Below, piece by piece: positions 1 through 13,641 of a stretch of DNA of 48,815 bases; position 1 is the first letter of the stretch, and each line of letters starts with the position of its first letter. The notes under the pieces are model-generated. The model did no database searches. It was given only the letters and a program-made list of their open reading frames with translations, and was not told the origin of the DNA. The translations under genes were made by a program, and so were the position numbers. The stretch lies in the NCBI RefSeq assembly GCF_001194135.2, contig NC_068988.1, forward strand, positions 26,911,012 through 26,959,826, in the 5' to 3' direction. Source of the stretch: Octopus bimaculoides. Taxonomy: Eukaryota.

Positions 1-33
<33 letters not shown>

Positions 34-84
34 GTGTGTGTATGTATGTATGTATGTATGTATGTATGTATGTATGTATGTATG
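1..84. repeat. (TA)n/(TATG)n microsatellite flanking the Tc1 element
   Basis: Direct reading of the repeat tract. Confidence 0.95.
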
Positions 85-88
85 TTTA

Positions 89-1312
89 TACACAGACGTG
101 CAGGAAGTAAATAGACACCTTCAATTTTCAAAATTTCTTAATATGTTTTCAGCGGTGTAGAATTTACAATGTAATTATTCTTTTTCATTCCAGGTGCCAT
201 TATATTAAACATTTGCGAAGAGTAAGCATGCCACGCACAAAACATTCAGCAGAACTGTCAGATTTTTCAAAGAGGGCGTATTTTTGGGCAACCTGAGGCT
301 GGTCTTAGCCAGCGAAAAATTGCCGAAAATCTTCAAATTCCTTTTGCTACTGTTAATAGAATTATAGTGTAATTCGGAAAAGAATTACCAAGGAAAAGAA
401 TCAACAGATTCTCGTCCCGGCCGACCTGAGCCCTTGGAAAGGAAGCTTCGCTGTTTGAAGAGAATTGTGGAAAAGGAACCCTGTTTGAAGGCTTCTGACA
501 TTGCAAAACAGCTAGAAGTTAGTCCAAGAACGTGTGTTACATATATGCATAAGCTTGGGTATTATGGATGAGCAGCTAGAAGAAAACATCTCCTTCAACC
601 AATTGATATCATGAAAAGAAAGAAATGGGCTACGGAGATGTCAGAGAAATCCAGTTCATTTTGGGATAGAGTGATTTTCCCAGATGAATCCAGATTTGCA
701 TTATTTTCAGACAGTGAACGTGTTTGGGTCTGGAGGCTTCCCAATCAAGAATTTGATTTGAAACAACTCCAACCAAATGTGAAACATGGTGGTATCTCTG
801 TAATGGTATGGGGAGCTGTCACCAGCAATGGTTGCTCTTAGATGATCGAATGTGTTGGAACCATAAACTCTGAAAAATACATCGAAATACTTAAGCAAGG
901 ACTACTTCCGATGTATTCACGCGATAACATAAAGAAAAATGTTTTATTCATGGAAGATGGGGCTCCATGCCACATAGCAAAAAGAAATCAACATTGGCTG
1001 ACTGAAAATGGGATCAAAAAGCTTTCTTGGCTGAGCCAATCTTCTGATATGAACCTAATTGAAAATCTTTGGAGCATACTAAATAGAGCTATACGAAAAA
1101 CTTGACATAAACCTAAATCTAAAGTTGAATTGTTTCGACTTGCGTGAAAAGTGGGCAGAAATTCCACAAGAGACAATCACAAAGCTCATTAGTTTAATGC
1201 CAAAAAGAGTTTCTGAATTAAAAACTGCAAATGGAATGTCAACTAAATACTAAAGTATGTAGTCCTACCTATCGATTACATTTCAATTGTTCGCTTCGCT
1301 TATCAAATAAAA
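89..1312 (+). mobile_element. Tc1-family (DD34E) DNA transposon, decayed; right end hidden in gap 1313-1368
   Basis: Begins after a TA (TA-CACAGACGTGCAGGAAGTAAATAGACACC), carries a transposase relic and has AATAAA at 1306-1311. The 56-N gap is the right size to hide the right TIR. Confidence 0.9.
228..1253 (+). pseudogene. Tc1 transposase pseudogene (frameshifts and stops)
   Basis: ATG at 228 ([13 protein letters not shown]...[15 protein letters not shown], paired-like HTH); VIFPDESRF; FMEDGAPCH; SSDMNLIENLW with exactly 34 residues between the second D and E; C-terminal GMSTKY* ending at 1253. Confidence 0.92.
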
Positions 1313-1368
1313 NNNNNNNNNNNNNNNNNNNNNNNNNNNNNNNNNNNNNNNNNNNNNNNNNNNNNNNN

Positions 1369-1440
1369 TACATACATACATACATACATACATACATACA
1401 TACATACATACATACATACATACATACATACATACATACT
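1369..1440. repeat. (CATA)n microsatellite
   Basis: Direct reading; reverse complement of the (TATG)n tract left of the Tc1 element. Confidence 0.95.
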
Positions 1441-1749
1441 TAAGGTCCAAGAGGAAATTTATCTTCAAATTAGAAACAGTGATTGCGTTATTGTTGTTAC
1501 TTGATTATGTAATGTAACGTATGGCTGGTACACCAACTTGTCTCTTGCCAACCAAACTGTTTGTCTGGCATCTTGAATGGTTTAATGTTGCATTTGCTGC
1601 AATGTTCCTTTGTTGCATACTTTGAAATAAATTCGAAAAGCTGAATATAATATGATAATCATTCATCCAGTATAGACAAAATTTATTGTCATTATTTTCA
1701 TATCCTTTTGAAAGATATTGACCCTTTTGTGTTTATCCAAGTTATTTGC

Positions 1750-3340
1750 AATTTTATACTCCAAGTCTTTCGGAAACTTCGTCGTTTATAGCGAAGAAAC
1801 CTCTGCACTTTAATGGTCTGTATTGATGATAATACTTACTGATTTAAAGCTATCAGTATTATCCATATTCCTCAAAAGCCATAGACGAATACTAGGATAT
1901 TGAGAAAATTAAGTAGAACCCAATGTCTTCTACTCGTTTTCCCAAGAACGCAGAGCTTGTGTCTAATTCATTAGTTTAGTGTTCCATGAAAAGTGTATTC
2001 TTTACAAATATATCTTAGAAATTTGGAAGATTCTGCTGATACAGTACTGTACCATGTTCATCGTTTCCACCAAAATTGACTTAGGCAGTGTGAATGACTC
2101 ACCGGATATCACAGCAGCAACAAATAGCATTAAAGTGGATAGGATCCGACAATATCCTCGTTAGTTTTCTGAAGGAGTAACTGCATTGCCTTCTCTCTAA
2201 GGTAATTTATAGAGAATGTCTCTAGAGTAGCTAGTATACTTGAACATTTTCTATCAACTCGGTTTTTTTTTAAACGGATATAAGTAGCTTGCAGTGATGT
2301 AGCACACGGATTTAGCTCTCATATTATTGAAGTATTTGACAAGGAGATAACATGAAGAATAAGTTGTTTTCAGGTGAGCAATTACTTCATAAGTTGCAGA
2401 GACTGCATAAGACAGCTTCTAGACCTCGTTCTGGATGTTAGTTAAGAGACTTTGGGAGCGGGCTGATATACAGCTCTCATAGATATTGATTTCAACATAG
2501 CCTTCCAAAGATTTAACCGCGAGATCCCGTTGAAAATTCTGTTCAACATTTGGAGTTTGGGGAAAACTATTGCACTGAATTAAATATTTTCTTGTGAACA
2601 TATTCCAACATGTTATTATAAATAAAGTTCATTCAAGCCGGATAAACGTCATTAGCATTGTGCTCCAAGGCACAGTGTTGAATTTATTTCTAGAAGATCA
2701 AAAACGTCATAACACAGCAAATTAATGTCTGGCTCACAACTCATCTACTGTGAAAAGGTACACTAGTAAATATGTGAGGTCTAGGAGTTAATGTCAACAA
2801 CATTAGCTATATTGTCTCAGCCTGTATCAACAATGAAATCGCTTTAGTTCTAATAGGTAAGCTCATGAATCCTCAGAACATTTCAGTTCAGAGGTCCTGA
2901 AGCCATCATCTTTCTATTCACTACCATTGCTTAAAATCACCTAAAGTACTCCGGCTCCACGTAGTTTCCGTATGAAATCAAAATATTGTGAGAAGTGAGG
3001 TACCTCAACGCTCAATTATAAAGTAAATAATTGTTATGGCAAGCATTTATTACTTAGACAACCTGAAAATTCTCAAGCATTATTCGCTGGGTCAATTTAG
3101 AAAATATACCAAGAGCATCGAATTTAAAATAATCTGAAGCTGAAAACTCGTATCTCGCTAGAAAAATCGTAGCACATAACGATGTTGCGTAATGCCTTGT
3201 TGACATTAACTTGCCCGATTCTATTTCGTTTTATCCCGAAACAAATCAAGGGGGGTAAATTCCACTTCCTTTTAAACCGTATCAAGACAACTTCCACTAA
3301 GTAATACCAGATACACCATGAACAGACATTTATGTTTCGG
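1750..3340 (+). mobile_element. Heavily degraded CR1-like LINE ORF2 (reverse transcriptase) relic
   Basis: Fragmentary translations in collinear order: DSPDITAATNSIK (resembles DIxxAIDEMxxxSAxGPD), IDIDFNIAFQRFNREI (YLDFxKAFDKVDH), HCAPRHSV (SGVPQGTV), YLDNLKILKHYSL (YWERLKxLxLYSL), IPDTP (VPDEP). Boundaries approximate. Confidence 0.65.
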
Positions 3341-4855
3341 TCAAGAAATCTTGTGTAACTAAAGTGTAACTTAGTGCAATTGACTTACACATGACCTGGA
3401 CGAATACTAGACGAAAGCTAAGTTTATCTAAATAATAGTATTTTATTTCCTCGTCGGAAGAAAACTTTTGAATAACGGCATTCGTAATAATTAATAGATT
3501 TTTTGATTTTAAATATTTAAACCGAGACATATAAACTTAATAAACATATAGCCACAGAGATATCACAATCAAATACGACAGTTATGTCTAATCACTTAGT
3601 TCAAAATAATCAATTCTATGCATTTGTCTGGCGTGGAGAAGAAAGTGTTACCTAAAACTGTACACTTACATAGCAAAATTCGACGAAATATTCTAATGCA
3701 TTTATAGCTATACAGATAGCTCCACACATTTAACTCTACTCACATAGTTTCCCATAGAAGACTCTGAAGATATTTGAGAGGGAAAATGTATTCAGCAAAA
3801 TAATTCTAAACAATTTTTGAGAAACGTCATAAATCATATTAACTTTTACGTTTCCCTTTTCCCTTACGTGTCGTATAAGTAATATTTGCGTTAGAAGTTT
3901 TCTCCAACAACATTGAAGTTAAGGGAAGAAACAATAGTCATCTCAGATGGACTCACTACTTGATATTTAATTGATTATATTTCCTTGGATGTTGCGCTGT
4001 TGCTTCTTCCATTTGCCAATATTGGAAGAAAAATTACTCCGCAAAAGAAGATCACAGAGAACGATGTGATTCTGCTAGCAATTACATCAACTATCGATAT
4101 TGCGATGCTTCACTGGTCAAAGGAAGATAAAATGTAATAGAACTACTGTGATATATTCATCACTTTCTTCCTTTATATACGCCAGTCAAATGGCTTGATT
4201 TCAGTTTAATAACTTTCAATCGAGTTTAGACTGCTTTAAGTGCAAAATAGATTTAAGTATGTCAGCAAAGGTCAACAGCTATAAGTAGCAAAGTCGACTG
4301 AAAGTTTCAGACATGACAAAAGTATTACTTTCTTTAATTATTGCAATAAAGTCGATTAGATCAAGTAAAACATTTCAAAAACTTCGTTATAATTATTAAT
4401 TCCTAAAGAAATTATTGGCCTCTTTTTATTAATGCAGTTGATGGTGTTTAACCAAAGAAATTAGCAAGCAAACCATAACACGACAAACAAAACACAGAAT
4501 CTAACGGAGAATTTTATGCTCAAAGTTAATCAATAATTAAAATTAGAGACAGCAGCAGCTGATGAATTCCATAAAATTATTTTAAAAGCCTTTATTATTA
4601 TTATTATGCTGTTACACTTATTAGATGGGTATTATAGATACACAAGTTTAATTTCAGACGAACCCAGAGAGCTATTTATAAACATATGAACTTGTTGCAA
4701 GAACTGCAGGCAAAGGGACAAGGTAGTAATCAGTATCTGAATGCAAAAACGAAATTCAAGGGAGAAATATCTAACTTGAATTATGAAACAACCTTTCTGG
4801 TCCAAACAAGCCACTTCTTTCATTCGGGAATTGTCTGTTCTGTTCTGCATTATAC

Positions 4856-4859
<4 letters not shown>

Positions 4860-4911
<52 letters not shown>
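4860..4911. repeat. (CT)n microsatellite
   Basis: Direct reading. Confidence 0.95.
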
Positions 4912-4915
<4 letters not shown>

Positions 4916-5289
4916 CACTTCCTCTCTCTTACATACGCACATGCTTACATACACACACACATATACGATCATGCACACAGATGCAGATAACTAATATTAT
5001 GAAACGTGTTTTAATGTTGTCCTTGTATAAAACAGTATACAACACATACTAGTGTAAGAAGATACTTCATAAATGTTAATGTAAAAGTATTTCCAAAGAC
5101 TGTTTAATCTAAATACTATGACCATAAAAGAAAATAAACATAAATTATTTCATTTGATATTTCGAAAATATTTAGAATTAACATGAGGAAAGCGCGATCT
5201 AAATTTTATAACTAGATAAAGTATATAAACTTGTTCTTTATTCGTATCCTTTTTTACTATAAAAATCGAAAAGTGTGCGTGTATGTGAG

Positions 5290-5327
5290 TGTGTGTGTTT
5301 GTGCATGTTTGTGTGTATGTGTGTGCG

Positions 5328-5358
<31 letters not shown>

Positions 5359-5706
5359 NNNNNNNNNNNNNNNNNNNNNNNNNNNNNNNNNNNNNNNNNN
5401 NNNNNNNNNNNNNNNNNNNNNNNNNNNNNNNNNNNNNNNNNNNNNNNNNNNNNNNNNNNNNNNNNNNNNNNNNNNNNNNNNNNNNNNNNNNNNNNNNNNN
5501 NNNNNNNNNNNNNNNNNNNNNNNNNNNNNNNNNNNNNNNNNNNNNNNNNNNNNNNNNNNNNNNNNNNNNNNNNNNNNNNNNNNNNNNNNNNNNNNNNNNN
5601 NNNNNNNNNNNNNNNNNNNNNNNNNNNNNNNNNNNNNNNNNNNNNNNNNNNNNNNNNNNNNNNNNNNNNNNNNNNNNNNNNNNNNNNNNNNNNNNNNNNN
5701 NNNNNN

Positions 5707-5760
<54 letters not shown>
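5290..5760. repeat. (TG)n microsatellite spanning an assembly gap
   Basis: TG repeats on both sides of the N-run. Confidence 0.85.
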
Positions 5761-5764
<4 letters not shown>

Positions 5765-7144
5765 TGTATATATGCATAAATTAAAACACCTTCAAAGAAC
5801 TTATGTTGTGGAAATATAAATGTATGTGTTATTAGATTGACTCGGTGTTTTATATTACTTAAAGTTTCACCTATGGCAAAATATAGTCTTTCTCTATCTG
5901 AGAAGCTTCACATATCACAACATTCCACTAAAAGTTTTAATTTTACTGGAATTTCAAGCGAGAAAGAAACTATTCATATTTATTGAACACATCTTGCTTC
6001 CCATTCAGCAGTCATTTGTTTAATTCGCTGCCGAATGAGAGCCACACAATTACGAATTTTACAATGTGACCAGTCTTAGCTAATAAAAATGGCCGTCATT
6101 AATCAACTAATAATGGAGCTTGCCCATATTTTTTAAAACCGTAGACGTTTCTGCGTCAGAACAAAACATGTAAATATGAATCTGCAGTAAGTTTCGAGTT
6201 TGCTTCATTCTAAACATGAAACTACAGCGAAGTTCGATATAACATTTTCACAAGGTATTAAGACTAAAACATAAAACAGTTTTGCAACGAAAATATTAAA
6301 TAAATAAATATCAAAGACAAAAAAGAGCGACAGAAGCAGTATTAATAACAAAAGGAAAAATATTCACCACTTAAAAGTGGATGTTGCGTTAGAACACACA
6401 AATATTGCGATATTTACCAACAGAGAAGAAAAAACTCTCAAAAGATTTTTGGTGCATAAAAGCACATCATAGCTATCGCCAGCGGCAGGCAACCACCACT
6501 AAATCCGCTGCCAATTCTCAGTGTTCTGACGCCTTGGATGCTTTAATGGATAATGGCTACTAGTGAAACCACTACGCAATCGACTATACATCTATACATA
6601 CAAACATACATACATACATATATACATACATACATACATATATATACATACATGCATATATATATATGTGTGTGTGTGTGTGTTGTATATATATATATAT
6701 ATATATATCGAACTGTAGTGTTTCAGCGTGGCCACAACTCTCATGCTGAAACTAATTAAAAAGTTATATACAAACACATATATTGTGCATGTGTGATGCG
6801 TATATGTTTATNNNNNNNNNNNNNNNNNNNNNNNNNNNNNNNNNNNNNNNNNNNNNNNNNNNNNNNNNNNNNNNNNNNNNNNNNNNNNNNNNNNNNNNNN
6901 NNNNNNNNNNNNNNNNNNNNNNNNNNNNNNNNNNNNNNNNNNNNNNNNNNNNNNNNNNNNNNNNNNNNNNNNNNNNNNNNNNNNNNNNNNNNNNNNNNNN
7001 NNNNNNNNNNNNNNNNNNNNNNNNNNNNNNNNNNNNNNNNNNNNNNNNNNNNNNNNNNNNNNNNNNNNNNNNNNNNNNNNNNNNNNNNNNNNNNNNNNNN
7101 NNNNNNNNNNNNNNNNNNNNNNNNNNNNNNNNNNNNNNNNNNNN

Positions 7145-7192
<48 letters not shown>

Positions 7193-7439
7193 TGTATATG
7201 AATATATATATGTATGCATATATACATATGCATGTATCTATCATATGTATATGTATATATGCATGCATGTACGTGTAATTCTATATGCGTGTAAATCTAT
7301 GTATAATTTATATATGTATATATACGTATATGTTTACGCTCGTATGTGTACGTATGTCTGCGCTATACATAGATAGAAGAATGGACGTGCAGCTAGCGGC
7401 TTCAATGAATGAATGAGTAGAGTGAGAATACATTCAGAT

Positions 7440-7600
7440 CTAACATTGTACCGTGAAATACATTTACAGTTTTTAAGAAGAAAAATTTCAGCGAAGCAAA
7501 CCTGTGAAAACATCAAACAGAGACGCAACTATAAAGATATTTTTATGATCAACATAGCCTGCAGAGTTATTGAAAGGACAATATTGTGGAATCACATGCT
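7440..7600 (+). mobile_element. Possible mariner transposase N-terminal relic
   Basis: FLRRKISAKQTCENIK...IERTILW loosely matches the mariner HTH region (EFxxGxSAxxxxxNI...ERTxxxWF). Confidence 0.3.
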
Positions 7601-8034
7601 TAAATCTATGTAGTATTATATCAGGCCTTAATATTGTATGTTCATCGATTTATACGCACACACACACTCACACACTTGCACGTACACATATCATATATCC
7701 TTAAGCGTGTGCATGTACGTGTATGTGCATTTGCCTATGCACATATGTGCACAAGCATATTTTATAAATGAAATTCATAAAAGTATGCATACGTCAGAAT
7801 GAGCATATTTTTTTATTAGTATTTCACACACAAGTACACAGACATATACATAAAGCTATCATACATACACACACACATACATACATACACACATACATAC
7901 ATACATACACACACGAATACATGCATACCATACACATGTTTATGAGTGTATTTGTGTGAGAGTGAGCATGTATGTGTACGAGTGGGAGAATGAGTGAGAG
8001 AGTGTGTGTGTATCTGTGTCTGTGTGTGTGTTTG

Positions 8035-8066
<32 letters not shown>

Positions 8067-8659
8067 CGTGTGTGTGTGTGTTTGTGTGTTTGTGTGTTTG
8101 TGTGTGTATGTGTGTGCTTAAGGTCGATTGACAGAAGCGTTACACCGTCGAATAGATTACTTACCACTAATCGTTCCTGCTAATCATTCTACATTCTGAA
8201 TTCAAATTCCGCTGGGACCAAATCTGTTTTTCGGCATCGTTAAACAATGTATTAGTCCCGTTCTAAGATCGATTCTTCCCTTTTTTCGTATTCCTTTCTT
8301 GCCTAACTATCATCTCTCTTCAGGGAAAAATTGGCTGCGCTCAGGCTTGCACTGCCACGGGGTCTACCGCGTTTTAAGATTCACGAATCATGCCGTACGC
8401 TGTATAACAGAATTATATCCCTACGATTCCGTCAAAACTGTTGCGAGCGAAAGGCATATTTCTCTGTTTGTTAGTGTGTGTGTGTGGGGGGTGTATGCAT
8501 GTTATGTCATTCTTAGCTTTATCGATCGTTTAGGAGTGAGAAATACTTAGTTTTTGGTCAGTCATATATCTCTAGGATAAGAAAAATTCTGTTGTAACAA
8601 CTGCAACTTCGTTCGTGTCCAATGATATTGGGTACTTCTTTATGGACAAATTCTTATAT

Positions 8660-8900
8660 TTTTAGGCGGGATTGGCTCTACTCAAGGCCACTTTTTCTCA
8701 TTTTAAAAAACGTTCAGGCATGATTTTGAACCACTTTATGATGAGTTGCATATTATAGCTGGCTGCAGCCAAGAAATGCAAATCTCACTGAAACATTCCA
8801 GGAAGGAATTGAAGGCAATGGTGGATGGTAAGCAGCCTGAACAGCTGCTCCTATAAGCAGCCATCATTTTTGCAAAGAACTGCAAGTCCTTAGGAAAACT
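8660..8900 (+). mobile_element. Possible pogo/Tigger-like transposase relic
   Basis: FKKRSGM and QPEQLL resemble the pogo motifs GWFxRFKKRxG and PEQVFNxDE; very degraded. Confidence 0.3.
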
Positions 8901-10103
8901 GAAAAGCTAAATCTGTACTAAGGGAATAATCAAGTGATCACATTGCTCGAAATCGAGTTGCAACCGTCAAGTGTATGTATGTATGTACGTATTTATGTAT
9001 GTATATATGTTTATGTATATATATATATATATAATGTACCGATCCCTGATTCAATAAAACGTACTCCATTTGGTGAGAGATAAATACTATTCCTTTAAAG
9101 GTCACAACACCGCCTTAATACATGTATTGTGAACTTTAAATATACATACATACATACATATATNNNNNNNNNNNNNNNNNNNNNNNNNNNNNNNNNNNNN
9201 NNNNNNNNNNNNNNNNNNNNNNNNNNNNNNNNNNNNNNNNNNNNNNNNNNNNNNNNNNNNNNNNNNNNNNNNNNNNNNNNNNNNNNNNNNNNNNNNNNNN
9301 NNNNNNNNNNNNNNNNNNNNNNNNNNNNNNNNNNNNNNNNNNNNNNNNNNNNNNNNNNNNNNNNNNNNNNNNNNNNNNNNNNNNNNNNNNNNNNNNNNNN
9401 NNNNNNNNNNNNNNNNNNNNNNNNNNNNNNNNNNNNNNNNNNNNNNNNNNNNNNNNNNNNNNNNNNNNNNNNNNNNNNNNNNNNNNNNNNNNNNNNNNNN
9501 NNNNNNNNNNNNNNNNNNNNNNNNNNNNNNNNNNNNNNNNNNNNNNNNNNNNNNNNNNNNNNNNNNNNNNNNNNNNNNNNNNNNNNNNNNNNNNNNNNNN
9601 NNNNNNNNNNNNNNNNNNNNNNNNNNNNNNNNNNNNNNNNNNNNNNNNNNNNNNNNNNNNNNNNNNNNNNNNNNNNNNNNNNNNNNNNNNNNNNNNNNNN
9701 NNNNNNNNNNNNNNNNNNNNNNNNNNNNNNNNNNNNNNNNNNNNNNNNNNNNNNNNNNNNNNNNNNNNNNNNNNNNNNNNNNNNNNNNNNNNNNNNNNNN
9801 NNNNNNNNNNNNNNNNNNNNNNNNNNNNNNNNNNNNNNNNNNNNNNNNNNNNNNNNNNNNNNNNNNNNNNNNNNNNNNNNNNNNNNNNNNNNNNNNNNNN
9901 NNNNNNNNNNNNNNNNNNNNNNNNNNNNNNNNNNNNNNNNNNNNNNNNNNNNNNNNNNNNNNNNNNNNNNNNNNNNNNNNNNNNNNNNNNNNNNNNNNNN
10001 NNNNNNNNNNNNNNNNNNNNNNNNNNNNNNNNNNNNNNNNNNNNNNNNNNNNNNNNNNNNNNNNNNNNNNNNNNNNNNNNNNNNNNNNNNNNNNNNNNNN
10101 NNN

Positions 10104-10140
<37 letters not shown>

Positions 10141-10736
10141 CGTGCGTGTGTGTATGTCTGTGGATGTGTCTGTGCTTGCGAATAAAAGTAATGTGCTGAT
10201 GGCGTCTCAGTGGTAGAAACACTTGTTCGAACTTTCCCACTTGCCTCCAGATATTCAGACATTTTCTTATGTCAATTTCGGGGAATGCTTGCTTCCTGAG
10301 ATTATGTCCTCTTCTCCTTTGGAGCTGATTGTTGTTGCCACATGGTATTTGCACTAAAACCTATGAATTCTTTACTATTTCTAATAATCCAATCTCAAGC
10401 TCTATTCGATTTTATTATTAACTATAACGAGAACGTTCGAAATCAATTTTCTCTTTTACTACTATCAACTTTACCAATGTAGGTGATTCACTACTGCAAG
10501 CTCCACTAATTGCAATGTAGTAATTAATATCATGATATAGCTTTATGGTACTATCATTACTTCTGACTATTTCCACTTTTACAATTAATACAACTGCATA
10601 GTGAATAATATAGAATATCTGTATAAAGTTTTTCCGAATCATTATTACAATTGCATCGATAATAAAAGTATAATCTACATTATTACAATTTGTGATACTC
10701 TGTGGCTATTATTATTATTACTAGAATTAGTTTAAA

Positions 10737-10948
10737 GGCAGGGAGCTGGCAGAGTCTTTAGCACGCCGGGAGAAATGCTTAGCGGCATTTCGTCTGCCGC
10801 TACGTTCTGAGTTCAAATTCAACCGAAGTCAACTTTGCCTTGCGGGATCGATAAATTAAGTACTAGTTGAATACTGGAGTCGATGTGATCGATTATCTCT
10901 CTCACCACAAAATCCAGGCTGCGTGCCTATAGTAGAAAGGATTATTAG
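10737..10948 (+). mobile_element. tRNA-derived SINE (octopus OR/OK-like family)
   Basis: GGCAGGGAGCTGGCAGAG...GTTCTGAGTTCAAATTC (A/B-box-like), followed by GATAAATTAAGTAC...GGAGTCGATGT; related copies lie elsewhere in the window. Confidence 0.8.
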
Positions 10949-10994
10949 TATTAGTTTAGTTAATATGGCTTCTAATAATTCTATCACAATTATG

Positions 10995-11150
10995 ATTCGG
11001 CACCAAATAAATCTATCCGCAAAAAAATGCGTGTGAGACCATGATGACCAATGACACAAATAGAAGAACTGAGGTCCAACTGAGCTCCCTTCCTCTGTCC
11101 TGCAGAACACTGATATCATTGTAGAACATTCCACATTGCTTACAAGTACA
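10995..11150 (-). mobile_element. L2/Crack-like LINE RT fragment, copy 1
   Basis: Minus strand gives FYNDISVLQDRGR then, in another frame, LDLSSSICVIGH, resembling KVxNDIxxxxDxGxxxxLxLLDLSxAFDTIDH. Confidence 0.5.
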
Positions 11151-11214
11151 CTCATATACTGCACATTCATCCCCCCACCTACTCTCTCTCTCTCTCTCTC
11201 TTTACATGTGTTTG

Positions 11215-11251
<37 letters not shown>

Positions 11252-11346
11252 CAAACAAACCCCGAATTTGATTAACTACTGATAAGACTTCAATTACACC
11301 TTCACATTTATCCTTCTTTCTAAATCCGTTTCTGAATTAATGTGTG

Positions 11347-11394
<48 letters not shown>

Positions 11395-11984
11395 AGATAG
11401 ATATAAATATATGTGTATGTATGTATTTATATATTTATGCATAAATATATGTATGCGTGTATATATACGTACACACATACTTATATGTGTATGTACATAT
11501 GTGTGTGTGCGTGCGTGTATAAGTATATATGTATGTACGTATGTTGTCCCAGCCATAAGACTGATAATCGTTTACATTCTCATTTGCGGATGTCGTTCAG
11601 GAGACTTCCGGCTTCGCAGACTACTAAAGGAGTTGGGGAAATTACAGCAATTTGGTTTGGTTTCCTTTAAGTTCTTCTTGCTCTTACTTAAGTACGAATT
11701 CTTAATATTTTATTATCTTTTTTTATATTTTCTATTCCGTTTCAATGTACATCAAAATCAATATGTATCTCACGATTGTAGAAGTTTCGTTATAGGGCGT
11801 TGTTGATGTTTTTCTTTAGTAATTGTTTATAATGTATTTTGCGATTTTGTGTCTGCAATTTTTACATTCTTTAGCAATTTAAATAAAAGTTATCCACCAA
11901 AGTGGTCACTAAACTGTAAAACTAAACATACAATTCATACTTGAAATTTTGGTGGAGAAGACAAATCGATCACATGGCCAGAGT

Positions 11985-12130
11985 GGTCAACTGGTACTCA
12001 TTGTATCGACTCCGAATGGATAAAAAGTAAAGTCCCTGTCCGGGGAATTCGAACCTTGAACATAAAGACTAGCGAAATCCCACTAAGAATTTTATTCGAG
12101 TGCATATGATTCTGACAGTTCGCCACCTTA
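11985..12130 (-). mobile_element. tRNA-derived SINE, diverged (same family as 10737)
   Basis: Reverse complement reads AAGGTGGCGAACTGTCAGAATC...GGTTCGAATTCC...GTCGATACAATGAGTACCAG. Confidence 0.7.
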
Positions 12131-12864
12131 AACATACAATAATGAAAATATAAAATCCGTACCTAACTATGCATCTGCGCCTGGACTAAACTTGATGTCT
12201 TCATTTTTTTATTCATAAATACCCGAAATATGCTTATATGTCTGCAAGTGTATTTTATAAGGACAAGAAACAGCGGAAAGCAATATTAAGATGAATACAT
12301 TTATTTTTAACATGATGCAGTATTCGATGCAGGATTTTGTATCAGAGAAAAATCTCTCTTTATAGATTTTGTGAGTAAAAGTTCATCGAGCTACATGACA
12401 CATTGTTTCAGCGTAATTTTGCCTCCTCAGTGGTAGACATCGCTTCTGTCATTTGGATCTAGAAACATCTGTTGCTATATACAGAAGATATGATATATTG
12501 TTACAGTGTTGTACTATGACTACAGAATATATCTATATATTTTTAGCTAATATTTATGTGCATACAGGCGTAACAACCTGCAATTAATATACATTGCCTC
12601 TATAGTAAGTTACAGCATTGAAACAAAACACCACTCTTAACGTATCAGTTCTTTATTTATCTAACCTGAAACCAACTATGAGTTATGTATGAAAATTGCT
12701 ATATTCAATTTATTCGAAATCTTAGTAGAGGGAGAATTATAACAGAGCATCCGTAAATGACTAAATATAGGTACAAAATCCCAACACATGACTGTTACCA
12801 GTCTAGCTGACACTCTATGTAAAAACGACGATACTGTTCGTAAAAATAACGGGTTTACAACCGC

Positions 12865-12867
<3 letters not shown>

Positions 12868-12932
<65 letters not shown>
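12868..12932. repeat. (TG)n microsatellite
   Basis: Direct reading. Confidence 0.97.
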
Positions 12933-12935
<3 letters not shown>

Positions 12936-13597
12936 GCTGGTTAAAGATCTATTCTACTTTCCATTGTCATCCTTCATAGCTTAAAACGGTGTGATTTGAC
13001 ACACATGATCAATAAAAAGAATTTCTTTCTCCCACAACACTGTTTCGGCAGCGAAGTTCTTTCGATGTTTCAGTGTGCACAATCATGCTAAATGTAACTG
13101 TTCACCGCTTTATTTTAATCATCGTTGCTTACTATACTTCTAATTATTTATTTTACTTTTGACAAAGCTTTGCATACATCAGAAAGTCTGAAATTTGTGG
13201 GTGATGAAAGATGGTTTGGGTGTCTGTAACTAATGAAGCCTAACGACGCAGAAACACGTTTCTTACAATCAAATGATGACATTCACAACCCAATGTAGTG
13301 TGATGCTATACATCTTGCTCGTAATGTAAATTTCTCTCCTGGGACAGTTTCTGCAGCGGATTTCTTTCCACTCTAAATGTACAACGAACGTATTAAATAT
13401 AATTTCACACAACTTTATTTCTTTGTTACAGAATATTCATGCGCACGGATTTATTTCTTTTGGACAGAAAGTTGTTGTTGTTAATACACCAGTAATTTAT
13501 TACTCGAACTTGCTGTCAAGAATACATTATATATGCAAAGTAGTATGTTTATATCTCTATAAGTCTCATTGATAGCGGCATTATAAACTGGGCATTC

Positions 13598-13641
13598 AGT
13601 TGCTGATGAAATCCCAAAACGAAATTGAAACACGTCCATTC
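13598..13641 (+). ncRNA. Degenerate minimal type I hammerhead ribozyme motif
   Basis: CTGATGA(13603-13609)-AAT..ATT-GAAACACGTC: intact core, GUC triplet and ACGT palindromic stem III; stems I and II are weak. Confidence 0.55.

Noticed and set aside
2821-2856. 36-bp plus-strand exon (AG...G|GTAAGC)
   Set aside because: It lies inside the CR1-like relic and has a weak pyrimidine tract.
6140-6215. Minus-strand hammerhead-like fragments (CTGACGCAGAAACGTC)
   Set aside because: Stem II and A9 are absent; too degenerate to distinguish from chance.
4686-10354. Long ORFs of poly-HT/CV/YI/LS type, many containing X runs (also 27535-28971, 45216-46414, 47737-48267)
   Set aside because: They are translations of microsatellites and N gaps, not genes.
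11015-11101. GPI-anchor terminal exon of a host gene
   Set aside because: The paralogous copy has an in-frame stop in that frame, and flanking translations fit an RT motif better; retained only as a low-interest finding.
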